A stretch of 64,000 nt of DNA from Acidobacteriota bacterium (GCA_040005235.1 JBDTZG010000009.1:1-64000); one strand, 5' to 3'; shown: positions 36,955 through 61,035, numbered from the stretch's first letter. The notes: generated by a model from the letters alone, not told the origin. Numbers and translations: made by a program.

Positions 36955-39900
36955 TGTTCGGGTTCCTCTCGACCGGCCGGCCGTGCCTCCACGGCGGGAG
37001 TCGCGCGCTTGGGTTTAAATCGATCCATCTTTTCCGCTTCCCGCCGCTTCTCCTCGGCCCCCTGCTCGGCGCGCTCGGCGGCGGTCCGCGTTTCGAGCGA
37101 GGAGAGCCGGGCGTCGGGCCGCTCTACGGCGTCACTAAGTAGTGCCTCGAACCGCCGTTCGAGCGACTCGATCGAAGCGAGATCGAAAAGCTCCGACCGC
37201 CAGGTCCAATCGAGGGTCAAGCCGAGATCGGCCTCACGGACCCAGACGGTGAGGTCGAAGCGCGCCGTCTCGGGCTCCGGCTCCAGCATCGTCAACCGCA
37301 GGCCGGGGAGCGCCAGGTCCTCCAGCGGCACGTTGTTCAAGCTGAACGCGATCCGCAGGAAAGGTGTCTGCAGCAGCTCCCGCCCCGGCCGCAGCTCTTG
37401 CACCAGCAGGTCGAAAGGGAGTTCTTGATGAGCGTAGGCGCCGAGCGCCGTGGTCCGAGCCCGGGCGAGCAGCTCGCGAAATTTCGGGTTTCCCGACAGA
37501 TCGGTGCGCATCGCCAACAGATTGACGAAGAAGCCGATCAAACCTTCCGTCTCCAGCCGATCGCGCCCGGCCGTTGCGGTTCCCACCACGACGTCCTCCA
37601 CCCCGGTCAGACGAGACAGAAGCGCCTGAAACCCCGCGAGGAGCGTCATGAACAGGGTGACGCCCTCGGTCCGGCTCAGGTCGCGGAGCCGGGCGGCGAG
37701 ATCCTCCGGCAGGACGAACGATCGACGCACCCCAACCTTCTCCGGCGTCTCCGTCGTCTCCGTCGGCCGCGGAAGGACCGCCGCCAGATCGATCACCGGC
37801 GGATCTCCCGCCAGCTGCTGTTTCCAGTAGAGCAGCTGGGCGGAGAGGGCCGCTCCCTGCAGCCATTCGCGCTGCCACGATGCGTAGTCCGCGTATTGGA
37901 TCGGAGGCTCTCCCAGCGGCGAGGGCAGCCCTTGGGAGAACGCCTCGTACAGGGCGGCCACCTCGCGGATGAAGACCCCGCTCGACCAGGCGTCGGTGAC
38001 GATGTGATGCAGGGTGAAGAGCAGCACGTGCTCTTGCCCGCCGAGGCGCAGCAGGCGGCATCTGAGCAACGGCCCGCGGCTCAGGTCGAAGATCCGCCGC
38101 GCCCCGTCGTCGAACGAGCGCCGCACTTCGCTCTCGCCTGAGCCGGCAGGAAGACTCGCGAGATCGACCACCGGCACGCACAGCGCCGCTGCAGGGGCGA
38201 TCCGCTGCACCGGCCTGCCGTCGATCTCCGGGAAACGGGTGCGCAGCACCTCGTGCCTTCGCACGACCTCACCGAGCGTTCGTGCCACCACCGGGAGGTC
38301 GAGGCGGCCGACCAGACGCAGGGCGCTCGGCGAGTTGTAGGCGGCCGAAGGATCGAGCCGGTCCACCAGCCAGAGGCGTTGCTGGGCGAACGAGAGCGGG
38401 AGATCTCGATCCCGCGCCGCGGGACGGATGGGAGGAGCCTCGGCCACCGCGGCGGCGATCCGCGACTCCAGATGGCTCGCGAGCTTGGCCACCGTCGGGT
38501 GATCCAGGAGGTCGCCGGGCATCAGCTCCGATCCGAGAGCCTTGCGGATGCGGGCGACCAGGCGCACCGCATGCATCGAGTGCCCGCCCAGCTCGAAGAA
38601 GTTGTCGTCGATGCCGATCTCCGGACGCTTCAACAAATCGCGCCATAGGCCGACCAGGGTCCGCTCCAGATCGGTTCGCGGCTCGGCCACCCCTGCCGCT
38701 TCGACCGCTTCGACCGCTCCGACGCCAACTGCGGCGGACGTCCAAGACTTGAGGATCTTGCGATCGACCTTGCCGTTTGCCGTGAGCGGCAGAGACTCGA
38801 CCCCGACGACGCTCGAAGGGACCATGTGCTCCGGCAGATCGAGACGGAGGAAGTCGCGGAGCTTCCCCGGCAACGCTTCAAGGTCGATCCCCGGCCGGGC
38901 GACGACGAAAGCCGCGAGGCTGGCATCGGCCCCTTCGTCGCGCACCACGACCGCCACCTCCAGAAGCGCCGGGTGGCGAACCAGTACCGCTTCGATCTCC
39001 CCCAGCTCGATCCGGAACCCTCGAACCTTCACCTGGGTATCGAAACGTCCGAGAAAATCCAACACGCCGTCCGGCCGACGGCGCGCCAGGTCTCCGGTCC
39101 GGTACAACCGCGCTCCGGGCTGCCGACCGTGAGGGTGAGGAACGAAGGCGGCGGCGGTCAAAGCCGGCCGCCCGAGATAGCCGCGGGCGAGACCCTCGCC
39201 GCCGACCGCAAGCTCGCCGGCGATACCCACCGGGGCTAGACCTCCGCCGGGCTCCAGCACGTACAGCTCGGTCCGGTCGATCGGACGGCCGATCGGTACC
39301 GGACCCGCCAGTGCATCGTCCCCCGGGATCTCATGGACCGCACAGCCGACCACCGTCTCGGTGGGACCGTATTCGTTGATCAGGCGGGTCTCCGGCGCGT
39401 CGCGTCGCCATTCCGCGAGGCTGCCTCCGTGCAGCGCCTCGCCGCCGACGATCAGCACGCGCGTGGCGCCGGCCCGTTCGTCACCCCCGAGCTGTTGCCG
39501 GAGCACGTCCAAGTGGGCCGGGGTGAGCTTGACCAGGCCGAAGTCGGGTTTGCCAAGGAAGACCTTCGCCAGCTCGCCGCCGACGGGTGATCCGGCGAGC
39601 AGCGTGACCGGCCGGCCGGCGAGCAGCGGCAAAAGAAGGCTGGTGAGCGTGAGATCGAAACCGATCGGCGAATAGGCCGGAGCGCCGGCACCTTCCGCCG
39701 CCCGGTAGGCTTCGCCCGCCCAGCGCAGATAGTTGTCGAGGCCGCGCCGGGGGATCATCACCCCCTTCGGCCGCCCGGTCGATCCGGAGGTGTAGAGGAC
39801 GTACGCGAGATGCTCGCCCGCGTCGGCAGCGTCCACCCGTTCGGCAGCCACGGGCAAGCCGGCGATCCGGTCCCAATCCGCATCGAGGCACAACAGCTGT

Positions 39901-42900
39901 GGAGCGGTCGTGCCCCCCTGCGGCAGTCGGCTCGCGAGCCGTTCGTTGGTCAACAGCCAGGCGGCGCCGCTGTCCGTGATCATGTAGGCCAGCCGTTCGG
40001 CGGGGTAGTCCGGTTCGAGCGGCACGAACGAGGCTCCCGCTCCGAGGATGCCGAAGAGCGCGACGAGCAGCTCCGGCGTCCGTTCGAAGAAGACACCGAC
40101 CCTCGCCTCGGGACCGACGCCCTGGGCTCGCAGGTAAGAGGCCAGGCGCACGGCGCGAGAGTGAAGCTCGGCGAACGACATCCGCCGATTCTCGAAAATG
40201 AGGGCGACCGCCGCGGGATCGGCGGCGGCCACGGCGCTCAGCCGCGCGAGCAGGGTGCCCGCGGTCGCCGGGCCGGGACGCGAGGTGTCGTTCCACTCCG
40301 ATCGCAGCTGGTGCAGCTCGGCTCCCCGCGCCAGAGGCAGCTCCGAAATCCGCCGGCCGGGGTCGGCGCCGATCTGCCGGAGAAGGTTTCCGAAGTGCGT
40401 CAACAGGCGCAGGATCGTGGTCCGGTCGAACAGATCGGTGGCGTATTCGAGCGCACACGTCAAGGCGCCGTACGAGTCCTCGACCAGTGCCAGGTGCAGG
40501 TCGAATTTGGCCGTCCCGGTCGCAACCTCGATCGGCTCCAGGGTCAGACCCGGAAGCTGAATCGCGAAAGCCGGCACGTTTTGCAGCGCCAGCCAGGCGC
40601 TGAACAGGGGCGACGGGCTTGCCACGCCCTCCGGCTGCAGCTCCTCCACCAGCTTTTCAAACGGCAGGTCCGGATGGGCATACGCCGCCAATGCCGCCTC
40701 GCGTGTCCGCCGCAGCTGCTCATGGAAGCTGGGGTTCCCGACAAGGTCGGCCCGAAACACCAGGGTATTGACGAAGAATCCGATCAGCGGCTCGATCTCG
40801 GGCCGGTTGCGGCCGGCGATCGGCGAACCGACCGTCAAATCCTCCTGCCCGGTGTAACGGTAGAGCAGAGTCTGGAAGCCGGCGAGCAGAACCATGAACA
40901 GGGTTGCCCGGTCCGCGCGGGTGAGCGCATATAGAGCCGCCACCGCCGCGGGCTCCAACCGGGCGACTTCGGTCGCGCCGCGCATCGTTCGGCCCGGCGG
41001 GCGCGGCCGGTCGATCGGCAGGTCGAGGGTCGATCGAGCCCCGGCCAGCCGGGAGCGCCAGAACCCGAGCATCGCTTCGAGGTTCTCGCCCGCGAGGCCG
41101 CGCCGCTGCCAGACCGCAAAGTCCGGATATTGAATCGGCAGATCGGGAAGGCGCGGCTTGGCGCCCGCCGCCAGGGCGCTGTAGATCTCGCCCAGCTCCC
41201 GGATCAGAATGCCGAACGACCACCCGTCGCTCACGATGTGGTGCATCGACGCCGAGAGGACATGCTCGCGTTCGCCGAGGCGAAGCAGCGAGAGCCGCAG
41301 CAGCGGCCCCTGGCGCAGGTCGAAGCTCCAACTGCTCGCCTCGGTCCACCGGCGAGCCCCCTCCCGCTCCCTTTCGCGCCGCGCCAGGCGGGCCAGGTCG
41401 ATCAGCGGCAACGCCATCGGCGCGGCCTGCTCGACCACCTGGATCGGCGTCTCGCGCCCCGCGTGGAACGTGGTGCGCAGCGATTCGTGGCGGGCGACGA
41501 TCGCGGTGAAGCTGTCGCGCAGCGCGGCGACGTTCAACGCTCCCGTCAACCGGAACGCCCCGGGGATGACATAAGCCAGGTTGCCCGGGTCCATCTGGTC
41601 GAGCAGCCAGAGCCGCTGCTGCGGAAACGACAGCGGCAGCTCACCGTCCCTCGGGCTCGCGACCAACGGCGGCAGCGGCAGGCCCTCCTGCACCCGCATC
41701 TCGTGCTCGACCCGCTGCGCGGTTTCGGCGATCGTCGGGCTTTCGAACAGCGTGCGCAGCGGCAGATCGACTCGAAACGTCTCCCGCAGCCGCGAGATCA
41801 CCTGGGTGAGGAGCAGCGAGTGCCCCCCCAGGAGGAAGAAGTTGCCATCCACCCGGATCCGCTCCAGGCCCAGAACCTCGCACCAGATGCCGGCGACTAG
41901 CTCTTCGACCGGCGTATAGGGCCGGTCGAAGCTCTCTTCGTCCGGCGGCGCGGCGTCCGGTTCCGGTAGGGCGGAGCGGTCGATCTTGCCGCTCGCGGTG
42001 CGCGGCAGAGCGTCGAGGAGCACGAAGGTGGAAGGAATCATCGGTGCCGGCAGCTTCTTGTCGAGAAATCCGCGTAGCGTCGTCGGGGTGGCCTCGCGCC
42101 GTTCCAGCAACCCGTTCTCGGCCGTTCGTCTGCCCGCGCGCCGTTCGAACCAGGCGGGGCGAACGGCGTAGACGTTGAACAGGCCGGCCCCCCGGAACCG
42201 GGCGTCCTCCTCGGCCACCACCGTGTAGCCCTGGTCCCGCAGCAGGGTCTCGACCGCCTCCAGCCGGCCGTCGGCCGCGTGCAGCTCGACGACGATCTGG
42301 CCGATCTTCGGCCAGTCCTCGGCGCGGATGCCGCAAAGAACGTCCAGCTCGCTTTTTTCGACGTCGATCTTGAGCAGGTCGATGCGGGCCAGCCCCTCCT
42401 CGACGAGGACGTCCGAGACGGTGCGCAGCGGGACCGAGAAGCTCTCGGCTTCGAACCGTCCGCTCAGCAGCTCGTCGGCATAGCGGGCGAGGTCGGCATC
42501 CTGGCTTTCCAGCGAGGCGCGCGCCACCCTCTCGTCCTCGGCCAGGTCGGCATACAGCCCGGACATCGCCGACCAGCGCGGATAGAAGGTGAAGACCGCT
42601 TCCCTCGGCGCGTCGGCCAGGCCGCAGTTGAACAGCTTGGCCTCCAGGCCGTACAAGCCGACGTTGCTCTCCAGGCGTTTGAAGACCGCGGGCACCGGCT
42701 CGAACGCGAACACCTTCGGGTTCTTGGCGCGCTGGTGCGCAAAAAGGGTGAACAGGCCGATGTTGGCTCCGACGTCGAACACGCAGTCGCCGTCGGCGAG
42801 ATTCACGCCGTGCCGCAGATAGACCTCGTCTTCGAAGATCTCCCGGAAGATGAGCACGGCTTCGTTGCGGTTGAGGTGGGCGATCTCCATGCCGTTCGGC

Positions 42901-45650
42901 AGAAGGAGCAGCTCGCCGGCCTCCGAGCCGAGGTCGCGGCGGGTGGCGACGTAGGCCACCAGACGAGGGTTTCCGGCCTCGCCGCGAAGGGCGACCACGG
43001 CGTCCCGGACGCCGGGATGAAGACGTAGCGCCGCCTCGATCTCTCCCAGCTCGATCCGGAAACCGCGCACCTTCACCTGATGGTCGATGCGCCCCAGGTA
43101 CTCGACAGCTCCGTCGAGCCTCCGGCGGGCGAGGTCACCGGTCCGGTAGAGACGCTCCCCCGGCCGCTCCGCGAGGGGGTCGGGAACGAAGCGCTCGGCG
43201 GTCAGGTCGGGGCGTCCCAGGTAGCCGCGCGCCAGCCCGATGCCGGCGATCGCCACCTCGCCCGCCGCTCCGGCCGGGACCGGCCACAGCCCGGCGTCGT
43301 ACAGCGACACCCTGACGTTGTCGATCGGCCGGCCGATCGGCACCGGGCTCTCGCCGCTCTCCCGCCGAAGCGGCCAAAAGCTGGCGTCGATCGAGCTTTC
43401 GGTCGGTCCGTAGAGGTTGCACAAGGCGACGCCGGTGAGGAGCTCGAAGAACCGGTCCCGAAGATCGGCCGGCAGCGCCTCGCCACCGCAGTAGACCCGG
43501 CGCAGCGCGCTCAAGCTTGAGAGCCCCGGCTCTTCGAGAATCACCCGCAGCTGCGAGGGCACCCATTGCAGGACGGTGATCTCCTGCTCGGCGATCGCGC
43601 GGATCAGATAGGAGTTGTCTCGTTGGCCGTCGGGGCGGGCCAGGAACAGCCCGGCACCGGTCGCGAGCGGCAGAAAGATCTCCCAGATCGAGGCATCGAA
43701 AGTGAACGTCGTCTTCTGCAGAACCCGATCGTCCGCGGCGAGCGGGAAACGCCTCTGCATCCACAGCAGCCGATTGACGATCGCGGCGTGCGCGACCGCC
43801 ACCCCTTTGGGCCGCCCGGAAGAGCCCGAGGTATAGATGACATAGGCCAGATTCGCGGGATCGACGGCCCCGTTCCGGCCGCTCCGGCCACTTCGGCCGC
43901 CTCCTTGCGACAGGTCCACTCGATCGAGGTCGAGCACCTCGTTTCCGGCCCGGACCGAGAGTCGTGCCAGCCATTCCGAGCGGGTCAAGACGAGGCGAGG
44001 ATCGGCATCCTGCACCAGTTGGGCGAGACGCTCCTCGGGATGGCTTGGATCGAGGGGCAGATAAGCCGCCCCCGCACGCAGCGTACCGAGCAGCGCCACC
44101 ACCATCTCAAGCCCGCGCTCCAGGCAGATGCCGACCAACGTGTCCGGTCCGGCTCCGCGCGACCGCAGGATCTCGGCCAGGCGGACCGTCCGTCGATCCA
44201 GCTCGGCGTAGGTCAGGCTCGCTCCGTCGGCCTCCACCGCGATGCGCTCAGGGGTCCGCTCGGCCTGGGCGGCAAACAGCCCCGGCAGAGTCTCCGCCGA
44301 GGGCTCGACCGAAGTGTCGTTCAGCTCCCGGACCAGGCGGTGCCGCTCCACTTCGCCGACCAGGGCGAGATCGCCGATCAGAGCGCCGGGCGCGGCGGCA
44401 ACGCTGATCAGAAGGGCTTCGAGCTGCAGCGCCCAACGCCGAACTTCGACGAGCGAGAAGACCGCGGCATCGAAAGCGAAGCGGAGCGCCAGGGAGTCGC
44501 CGCCAGCCCGGCACGAGAGCTTGAGGCGGAACGGTTCGCTCCACGCCTGGCGGGCGACCACCGTGAACGTGACTCCAGAAACTTCCTCCGCAGGCCCGAA
44601 CGGCTTCTCCATCTCAAAGCCGTAGGTCTGAACGAGCTCCTGCGGGTTCTCGTCGCGCGCCGCGAGGGCCTGCCAATCGAGAAACCGTTGCATCTCGAAG
44701 GCGACGCCAAGGGTTCGCCGAACCTGCCGCAAAACACTCTGCAAGGTGCCGGAGCTTTCCAGCCGCCAGGCCAGGGGCAGGAACCGCACCAGAGGTCCCA
44801 CCGTGGCGGCCAGCTCCTGGTAGTCGCGACCGTCGAAGGCCACCCCCACCGACAGATCCTGCCGATCGACCAGGCGGCCCAGGAAGACGACCCAGCAGGC
44901 CAGGAGCAGATCGGACAGCTCCGCCCCTTCCGCCTGCGCGATCGAGCGCAGCTTCGCGAGCGCCGGAGCCCCGAGCGCAAAGTCGAACTCCTGCGGCAGG
45001 AAGCGGCCTTTCCCCGCCTCGGCCCCGGGAGGAAACGGCGCCTCGATCACCGACGTCCGTTCGAACCAATATCCCCGTTCCGCGAGGGTCTCTTCCCCTT
45101 CGAGCAGGCTGTTCTGCCAGGTCGAAAGATCAGCGTACTGGACCGGCGGCTCCGCCTCCGGATCGAGCGCGCCCGCCCCACGATACGAACCGACGATCTC
45201 CCGCACCAGGTTGTCCAGGCCCGCCAGGTCCGAGCAGAGCGCCGGCAAGGCGAGCCGGAGCAGGCGCTCCCCAGGCTCCACTCCGATCGACGAGACCCGT
45301 AGGACCGGGCCGTCCTCCAGGTCGAACGGCAGCGCCTCCTGCGTCCGGAGCCACTCAGCGAGCTTCGCGCTCCGCTCCTGCGGCGTCCGATCCGCCCGGG
45401 GCTCGGTCACGACCTGGAGCGGCCAGGACATCCCGGGCAGCGAGCGGAAGACCGTGCGCAAGATCTCGTGCCGTTCGACGGTGCTCTGGATCGCCGCCGC
45501 GAGCCGTTCCTCGTCGAGCGCTCCCGCGACGCGAACCAAGACCTGCGCGCTCCCCAACCCTGCGCGCCAAGCCCAGGCCCTCGCCTGCTGAGGCGAGAGG
45601 GAAAAGCCGTGCAAGGTCGGCTGCATTGCGGTTTCGATCTCTGTGATCAT
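36951..45650 (-). CDS. NRPS: I-A(Gln-like; FkbM-MT insert)-T-C-A(Asn)-T-C(terminal)
   Basis: 2899 aa. GFSLSPQQARAW and LPALCSD mark the I domain. A codes DAWQYGLIDK and DLTKIGEVGK. MT motifs VFDVGANIG and [12 protein letters not shown]. The final C has HHIVTDA. Confidence 0.96.
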   Translation of the reverse strand: MITEIETAMQPTLHGFSLSPQQARAWAWRAGLGSAQVLVRVAGALDEERLAAAIQSTVERHEILRTVFRSLPGMSWPLQVVTEPRADRTPQERSAKLAEWLRTQEALPFDLEDGPVLRVSSIGVEPGERLLRLALPALCSDLAGLDNLVREIVGSYRGAGALDPEAEPPVQYADLSTWQNSLLEGEETLAERGYWFERTSVIEAPFPPGAEAGKGRFLPQEFDFALGAPALAKLRSIAQAEGAELSDLLLACWVVFLGRLVDRQDLSVGVAFDGRDYQELAATVGPLVRFLPLAWRLESSGTLQSVLRQVRRTLGVAFEMQRFLDWQALAARDENPQELVQTYGFEMEKPFGPAEEVSGVTFTVVARQAWSEPFRLKLSCRAGGDSLALRFAFDAAVFSLVEVRRWALQLEALLISVAAAPGALIGDLALVGEVERHRLVRELNDTSVEPSAETLPGLFAAQAERTPERIAVEADGASLTYAELDRRTVRLAEILRSRGAGPDTLVGICLERGLEMVVALLGTLRAGAAYLPLDPSHPEERLAQLVQDADPRLVLTRSEWLARLSVRAGNEVLDLDRVDLSQGGGRSGRSGRNGAVDPANLAYVIYTSGSSGRPKGVAVAHAAIVNRLLWMQRRFPLAADDRVLQKTTFTFDASIWEIFLPLATGAGLFLARPDGQRDNSYLIRAIAEQEITVLQWVPSQLRVILEEPGLSSLSALRRVYCGGEALPADLRDRFFELLTGVALCNLYGPTESSIDASFWPLRRESGESPVPIGRPIDNVRVSLYDAGLWPVPAGAAGEVAIAGIGLARGYLGRPDLTAERFVPDPLAERPGERLYRTGDLARRRLDGAVEYLGRIDHQVKVRGFRIELGEIEAALRLHPGVRDAVVALRGEAGNPRLVAYVATRRDLGSEAGELLLLPNGMEIAHLNRNEAVLIFREIFEDEVYLRHGVNLADGDCVFDVGANIGLFTLFAHQRAKNPKVFAFEPVPAVFKRLESNVGLYGLEAKLFNCGLADAPREAVFTFYPRWSAMSGLYADLAEDERVARASLESQDADLARYADELLSGRFEAESFSVPLRTVSDVLVEEGLARIDLLKIDVEKSELDVLCGIRAEDWPKIGQIVVELHAADGRLEAVETLLRDQGYTVVAEEDARFRGAGLFNVYAVRPAWFERRAGRRTAENGLLERREATPTTLRGFLDKKLPAPMIPSTFVLLDALPRTASGKIDRSALPEPDAAPPDEESFDRPYTPVEELVAGIWCEVLGLERIRVDGNFFLLGGHSLLLTQVISRLRETFRVDLPLRTLFESPTIAETAQRVEHEMRVQEGLPLPPLVASPRDGELPLSFPQQRLWLLDQMDPGNLAYVIPGAFRLTGALNVAALRDSFTAIVARHESLRTTFHAGRETPIQVVEQAAPMALPLIDLARLARREREREGARRWTEASSWSFDLRQGPLLRLSLLRLGEREHVLSASMHHIVSDGWSFGILIRELGEIYSALAAGAKPRLPDLPIQYPDFAVWQRRGLAGENLEAMLGFWRSRLAGARSTLDLPIDRPRPPGRTMRGATEVARLEPAAVAALYALTRADRATLFMVLLAGFQTLLYRYTGQEDLTVGSPIAGRNRPEIEPLIGFFVNTLVFRADLVGNPSFHEQLRRTREAALAAYAHPDLPFEKLVEELQPEGVASPSPLFSAWLALQNVPAFAIQLPGLTLEPIEVATGTAKFDLHLALVEDSYGALTCALEYATDLFDRTTILRLLTHFGNLLRQIGADPGRRISELPLARGAELHQLRSEWNDTSRPGPATAGTLLARLSAVAAADPAAVALIFENRRMSFAELHSRAVRLASYLRAQGVGPEARVGVFFERTPELLVALFGILGAGASFVPLEPDYPAERLAYMITDSGAAWLLTNERLASRLPQGGTTAPQLLCLDADWDRIAGLPVAAERVDAADAGEHLAYVLYTSGSTGRPKGVMIPRRGLDNYLRWAGEAYRAAEGAGAPAYSPIGFDLTLTSLLLPLLAGRPVTLLAGSPVGGELAKVFLGKPDFGLVKLTPAHLDVLRQQLGGDERAGATRVLIVGGEALHGGSLAEWRRDAPETRLINEYGPTETVVGCAVHEIPGDDALAGPVPIGRPIDRTELYVLEPGGGLAPVGIAGELAVGGEGLARGYLGRPALTAAAFVPHPHGRQPGARLYRTGDLARRRPDGVLDFLGRFDTQVKVRGFRIELGEIEAVLVRHPALLEVAVVVRDEGADASLAAFVVARPGIDLEALPGKLRDFLRLDLPEHMVPSSVVGVESLPLTANGKVDRKILKSWTSAAVGVGAVEAVEAAGVAEPRTDLERTLVGLWRDLLKRPEIGIDDNFFELGGHSMHAVRLVARIRKALGSELMPGDLLDHPTVAKLASHLESRIAAAVAEAPPIRPAARDRDLPLSFAQQRLWLVDRLDPSAAYNSPSALRLVGRLDLPVVARTLGEVVRRHEVLRTRFPEIDGRPVQRIAPAAALCVPVVDLASLPAGSGESEVRRSFDDGARRIFDLSRGPLLRCRLLRLGGQEHVLLFTLHHIVTDAWSSGVFIREVAALYEAFSQGLPSPLGEPPIQYADYASWQREWLQGAALSAQLLYWKQQLAGDPPVIDLAAVLPRPTETTETPEKVGVRRSFVLPEDLAARLRDLSRTEGVTLFMTLLAGFQALLSRLTGVEDVVVGTATAGRDRLETEGLIGFFVNLLAMRTDLSGNPKFRELLARARTTALGAYAHQELPFDLLVQELRPGRELLQTPFLRIAFSLNNVPLEDLALPGLRLTMLEPEPETARFDLTVWVREADLGLTLDWTWRSELFDLASIESLERRFEALLSDAVERPDARLSSLETRTAAERAEQGAEEKRREAEKMDRFKPKRATPAVEARPAGREEPEQ

Positions 45651-45656
45651 CGTCCT

Positions 45657-58896
<13,240 letters not shown>

Positions 58897-58907
<11 letters not shown>

Positions 58908-60579
58908 GAGCCCCGGCGACCGCAGCCCATTCGTGGCGCGTTAGGTCCGACTCGACCTGACCGAAGTCGAGCTTGATGATGCGGTCCGCGATCTGGAAAT
59001 AGCGATCATCATGAGAAATGACGAAAACCGTCTTGCCCCGCCGTTGCAGGCCTGGAAGCAGCTCAGTGTAGAAAACCTCCTTGAAGAATGGGTCTTGATC
59101 CGCGGCCCACTCATCGAATAGATAAAGGGGGCGATCCTCAAGATAGGCGGTCAAGAGTGCCAATCGCTTGCGTTGGCCCTGAGAAAGCTCGACCGTGGAC
59201 AGGCGCCCTTCCTCGACACGAACTTTTGACTCAAGCTTGAGCAGCTCAATGTAGTGCTGAGCATCGCCGGCAAATGACTCCGACCGCGTCAAGCCCAGGA
59301 ATTCCTCAAAGAGGAAGAAATCGGAAAAGACGGCTGAAAACCGCTCTCGGTACTGCTCGCGGCTCTCGTCTGTCACCTTCACGCCACCGATCGTGATACT
59401 GCCCGCCTCGGGGGAATACAGACCGAGGAGCAGCTTTGCAAGCGTGGTCTTCCCGCTGCCGTTGCCACCTACGATAAACACCAATTCGCCCCGGCGGAAC
59501 TTGAGATCCAGCGGCCCGAGGAGAAAGCTCTCGTCGTTTTCCCGCCGGTAGGTGTGACTCACTCCTTCCAGGTCGAGGGACTGCCAGAGGGGGTCGTCCA
59601 CCACACTTTGCGCTGCGGGCGCAGACTCCGACTTCAAAGAGAAGCCGAGCGCCTCGACCTTCCGTGTTGCGACGCTGGCACGCGAAAGGTTCGGGAACGC
59701 GTTGAGAAGCACTTCGAGCGGCACCATCAGTTGGAAGAGAATGATGGTGTAGCCCGAAAGGACCTTGGTGCCCAGTGGCTGAAATCGCGGCATCACCAGC
59801 ACCACCGCGCCGATCACCAAGAAGAACATCACTTGCCCCCAGCTTGACGTTGCGGCGAGCAGGACCTGACCCGAGCGATTCTCCTTCAAGAGAGCCGCGG
59901 TGCTCTCTTTGACCGAACCCAGGAAGGCGAGGCGGCGTTCCCGATGCATCTTCAACTCTTTCATCCCCTCCACCATCGAGCGGACCTGCCCCAAGACCTC
60001 GTCCAACCGATGGCGAGAGCGGGTGAAGTAGACAAATGCCTTTCTCACTGCGAGCTGATAGCTGCCAATCCCGATCACCACGACTACCATCAACTGAATC
60101 AAGACTCGCCAATCAAGCCATCCCAAATAGGCGAAGCAACTCATCACTACGGTGAAATGCATTATCAACACCGGCACGATACTCAGCGTATCGACAATCG
60201 TGCCGATGTCAACGGCAAGAGTGGCGAGTAGTTTCGCCGAACCAATCGTCTCAATTTGCCGCAGCGGCGCTTCGAGCACCCGGCGGGAATAGCGCATGCG
60301 CAGTTCGAGCAGGGCACTCTGAGACATTTTGATCAGCATAAGTTGTGCAACAAAACGCGCGACCGGCAATCCTATACAGAGAGCCGCAAAACTGAATACC
60401 AGCTTTAGCGGAGCGCTGCCCCCAGCCGAAATAATCGAATTGATCAGCGCGATCATCCCGGTAGCGGCGAGACCGCTGGCGGTCCCCGCGACTACGACCA
60501 GGAAGAGCGACAGCCGCAAATTCGGGATCTGCCCCGAGAGTCGCAGGACGAACTTCAAGAGCTGAGTTAGATCCCGCAT
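58897..60579 (-). CDS. Cyclic peptide export ABC transporter, fused permease and ATPase (SyrD/PvdE/YojI family)
   Basis: 560 aa with hydrophobic N-terminal helices, GMKELKMH, Walker A GGNGSGKT, LSQGQRKRLAL and the family signature FDEWAADQDPFFK. Confidence 0.95.
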
Positions 60580-60900
60580 CAGGGATGCCCAGATGCAAAT
60601 CGATAGGACACCGCAACCTGGATCGTCATGAGCTACCCGAATTTCTTGTCGCCACTGGACCTGACGGTGGGATCGACCTCAACTTCGGAATCTCACTTTT
60701 CGCATGGGTCCTCAAGAGATCTTCATTAGAGACAACGGTCGATCAATAGTTCTTTGCTCGCTTGCCCAAAGGGCCGCTTGGCACATGAACCATCTTTGCC
60801 TGCGACTAAAGTGGATGTGCCTAGGCCGTCGCAAAGCGGGACAGGGACTCCCGGGGGACTAAGGCGCCGTCAAGTGCGCCGCCTAAGGCTTTGATTCGAT

Positions 60901-60976
60901 TGGTGGGCGGTCAGGGGATCGAACCCTGGACCCACGGATTAAAAGTCCGTTGCTCTACCAGCTGAGCTAACCGCCC
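60901..60976 (-). tRNA. tRNA-Lys (anticodon UUU)
   Basis: Reverse complement is GGGCGGTTAGCTCAGCTGGTAGAGCAACGGACTTTTAATCCGTGGGTCCAGGGTTCGATCCCCTGACCGCCCACCA: 76 nt, canonical D and T loops, anticodon stem ACGGA/TCCGT, encoded CCA. Confidence 0.98.
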
Positions 60977-61001
60977 GAAAGGCAGGAACTGCGAAGCGCG
61001 G

Positions 61002-61030
61002 AGTATAGAGGATGGTGGCCGGCCCGTCGA
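61002..61030 (-). promoter_or_regulatory. Putative sigma70 promoter for tRNA-Lys
   Basis: Minus strand reads TCGACG-N17-TATACT, with the -10 box ending 25 bp upstream of the tRNA 5' end. Confidence 0.6.
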
Positions 61031-61035
61031 AGTCT

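Noticed and set aside
60780-60890. Possible c-di-GMP-I riboswitch (GCAAAGC...CTAAGG) or sigma54 promoter (TGGCAC)
   Set aside because: Both motifs are on the strand opposite to the operon. The P1 GNRA element and the -24/-12 spacing do not fit.
60580-60900. Hidden MbtH-like protein or RiPP precursor in the spacer
   Set aside because: The minus-strand frames I translated (60580-60780) close within about 35 codons and have no MbtH Trp motifs. The track lists no ORF of 60 aa or more contained in the spacer.
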